Positions 60,801 through 64,000 of a DNA stretch of 64,000 nucleotides are shown here, one piece after another. The first letter of the stretch is position 1. Each line of letters starts with the position of its first letter. The DNA comes from Klebsormidium nitens (Eukaryota > Plantae > Klebsormidiophyceae): assembly GCA_000708835.1 (NCBI GenBank), contig DF237313.1:1-64000 (forward strand). The letters are read 5' to 3'. Below the pieces are notes generated by a model. It did no database searches, was not told the origin of the DNA, and worked only from the letters and a program-made list of their open reading frames with translations. Position numbers and translations under genes: made by a program.

Positions 60801-63800
60801 GATTCCGCACGGGTTCTGCCTCACTAGAGTGAAAAAGAGAATCCTTGATTAACGTCACCTCATATAGCACGGCCCGTCATTGCGCTGATGAAAAAAGAGA
60901 GGACCCCTTGAATCACACGGGGTGGCCCCCTTGGAATGTCAGTTTCTGAAAGCAATTCCAAAATGATGCACGCGACTGACCGTCCAAAGCGCCCGGCCCA
61001 GAGACTGGCGGCAGGCGTCCGCTGACGACATGCACCTGCATAACATTCGCAAGGAGCGGTAAAAGACTTGCAAGAGCGGTAAGACAATTCGCAAGAGCAA
61101 TGAGAATGGTTTAAGGACGAGATCAGTGGCGGAACTCAGAAAGAGAAGCGGGACGAGAGGCTTGACCGAAAACCGCAGGATTGCATCTCCTCAGATTGAG
61201 TGATCGTCGACTCAGCTCATTGACAAAGACTTGAATCAGAGAGCAAAATCGAAAGAAAAAGGCGAAGTCGATGATAATATTGGCCCCATCTACAATGTCG
61301 CATGCTAGAGAGCAAGAAAACCAGAGCTTTACGTAGAGAGAAGCACCACGTTGGATCTGCAAATCGTTTAGGCGACGTCTTTCGTACCAGTATTGCCGCT
61401 CTCCTGAGAAAAGGCACCAGCGCGGCTTGCACGACGGCCATCAGAGCTAGGTCCACGGGAGCGGGTTCGTCCGCATCGGACCGCCGAAGCGCGGCGGCTG
61501 CGAGGAATGCTTGCGCTGCGGCCGCGTGATATGCGACGTTGACCATCGCGAGGGCGCCGGTGTGAGAGGGGAAGCCCACGTGGGTCTGCAGACGAAAGGG
61601 CGTAGGTTAAGGTAACCAAAGATGGTTAGACGGGAGGGTGTTAAATTCAATGGGAAGGCACACGTGGGTGTCCAGCTGCTGGGTTGGTCGAAGCCGGATG
61701 GTAATGTTCTGACCAACTTTAGCTCACACAACTTGACGCTCCTTACTTTGCAGAAGTCGGCGAGCAAAACAGGCATGACACACGAGACGCTCGGGTACTT
61801 TGACCCTTAGACAAACTGGAAGCAGCTTTTGAAGCGAATCAGTGAACAGAAATTTGCTAGGGCTCGTAGCATTGCAACCCTACAGTGCTCAGACCCCAGA
61901 AAAGTGTCTCCGACTGTCAATTGCTCCTTGAGAGGCTCCCTCAGTAACGGAGGCTTGATTGCCTGCACGTAAATGTTTGTGAGGAAGCTCTCGCCAAGAA
62001 GCCCAGAGGATTTGGAAGCAAGCTTTTCAGTTGCTGGCACAGCCACTCTGGGCAGAATAAGCGCATCGTCTCTACCTGAAAGAGGAACACCAGGATCCAG
62101 AACGGGTCCTGTTCCAGCGGCGACTCGTCCGACGCATCCTCTTCTTCCGTCCCCTCATCTGGTGCCCCCGAGGTCGCATCCATAGCCGCGGGAGAGGGAT
62201 CCCCCGTTACATCCCTTTCTTCGAGTGGTTGTTTGTCTACTTTTTGGGGGCCGTTTGCTCCAGCACGAACTGCCGCTTCGCCATCCGAAAGCGCAGCATC
62301 TTTGCCTTTCCGATCGAGAGGACCTGACGCTTCCTTCGCGCTAGGTTCACTTCCCAGCCTACCCCTGAACTGGGCACCAAACTCTGGGGCTGCGTTCGCT
62401 GTCGAGCTGACCCCACTTGCCGCCGCGACCCTTTCCCCGAGGCTGTCACTTTGACCGTTATCTGGCACCCCCATCGGACCTGTTGCGTCATCCCCATTCC
62501 GACCCTTCGGATTAAGCCCACCGCCACAGACAGGGCCAGCCCCAAGCGCCGCCTGCCAGTCTAGTATACCCATTTCCCTTTGCATAAGGGGTTCCTCGTC
62601 GAAAGTGGTGGAGAGGACCGCTAGCTTGGCCAGCGCGCGCAGCGCCCGCCAGTGCGCGCTCGCGCCCCCCCACAGCTCCAAGAGCTCGCCTTCTACCTGG
62701 TCTGAGGAGGTGCCACGTGGCGCAGCCCCAGAACTGCCACGTGTCTCGACCTCGCAGTGGACGACGTTGGCGGCCAGAATGGACCACAGCTCCTGCAAGA
62801 AATTGAGAAACCAGGTGTCGTGACTGAGTTCAGCGCTTTTCCGCGAAGCTAAACAAAAGTAGGCACACGACCGTACTTTGCAGACTGCCATGTTTGATAT
62901 CAAAGACACACTTGAACCCGCAGCTCAGCAGACACCGGATACTTGAGCGTGGAGTACGATTCTAGATTTGCTTCGTTCCTTCCTTTCATATTGCCCGCTG
63001 TGGTCACTCTGTTCTGTCTCTCCTACTTGCTCCCTTTTAGTAAAACTCTCGTCTAGTAAACTACACTGGAAGTCATGTGATGGTTGCCTAAGGAAACACG
63101 TGTTATAGGCAGCTTGACTGATGGCAAGACTGTGCAAAAATCTCGCAGCGCTGACTTGCACCTACCCGCCATACGAACGGAGGGCTGGCCAAGTCCGGCG
63201 CAGGGACGTCCGGTTGGCTGTCCATACGCAGGATGCGGCACTGCGAGCACAGTGGACAAGAAGAAGGGTCAGCTATAACCGATCAAACACAAGGAAGATA
63301 ATAACAAGCTAAGATAATAAGAAGGTAACCGCACTGGGACGGGTGGGGTTTAGTTAGGGGGTTATGGTGCGTAGGCGTGCGGAGCAGATTCTTTTTTAGT
63401 TTAGGGTTCTCGTATTAGCCGGAGCTTAGAATTGTCAGATTTTTAATACCTGATCGTTACCTATATCGACTCAATGTCGTTGGTCTCTGTTAGAAGTGCC
63501 AATTGAGGATTATTCGTGGCAAAGCTGTTGCGGACTTTGTCACCCTCTTTCCAGCTCCTGGGATCTGGCGATGAGCAACGTGGTTGTTATACAACAGAAC
63601 CTGCGCTAAAAAAGCTTTTACTGACCAGGACGTTCCAGCCCTCCGACTTTGCTGACACGCGGCTCGCGAATGCTGGATGGCGCTTGATCAAGTACTGACC
63701 GGAAGCGTCGAAGTACTCAGCGTGGCACCCTCGAAAGACAGTTGACCTGAGCATCCTGCTTTGAATAGTACGTTGTCCTGACCCGACTCAGCAAATCGTT

Positions 63801-64000
63801 GACCGCTGCTGTTGAAAGGCCACTTTGAGAGACTGTGAAGCACAAGTCGAAGCGCGTACCTGCCCCACAAACAGTTGACACCAGTTTTCGTACTGCCGGA
63901 ACTTTGCGTTCCAGAACTGGTGCAGGGCAGGGTCTGCACTTTGGGACAGTCCCGCTAGAAGCCCAGGGAAATTGGACGCTGGAAGTTGCTCGGACGGTGC
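57872..64000 (-). CDS. PRT6: PRT6 / UBR1-type N-recognin E3 ubiquitin ligase, C-terminal part; the gene continues beyond the window end
   Basis: Motifs LVPFLRRAAIL, EPALCLLCGTLVCCKSQCC..GECSRHAAEC, GIGIFLLLRSTQMLILR..PSIYLDVHGE and EDAFLKRGRPLRLSRLRYDE. The last exon 57955-57872 reads IERMWLTAGLDQNSQLLHSS. These match the UBR C-terminal domain. Confidence 0.9.

Overview
This is eukaryotic, intron-rich, GC-rich genomic DNA from a green alga or early streptophyte. It looks Klebsormidium-like from gene content and intron style; that is an inference, not verified. Positions 1-44.3 kb are a compact housekeeping block: cornichon (+), a TMEM14/FAX-like plastid membrane protein (-), PHAX (+), tRNA 2-thiouridylase MnmA (-), INO80 subunit IES6 (+, with a probable U12-type intron), an uncharacterised acidic/basic protein (-), and a ~24 kb POK-type kinesin-12 (+). 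The window ends inside a PRT6/UBR-type N-recognin E3 ligase (-). Between kinesin and PRT6 lies a ~13.5 kb accessory island. It holds a GT90 glycosyltransferase with an extra GT25-like module, a frameshifted multi-pass membrane protein gene, a decayed tRNA-like sequence and an assembly gap. It also holds three copies of an unidentified ~350 bp element. The 158 bp hairpin-rich core of this element is 155/158 identical between the two complete copies, with all three differences in predicted loops, while its tail is far more diverged. A second pattern is that many introns contain decayed local copies ('echoes') of the neighbouring exon edge and splice site. No prokaryotic features, CRISPR arrays or autonomous transposon ORFs were seen.
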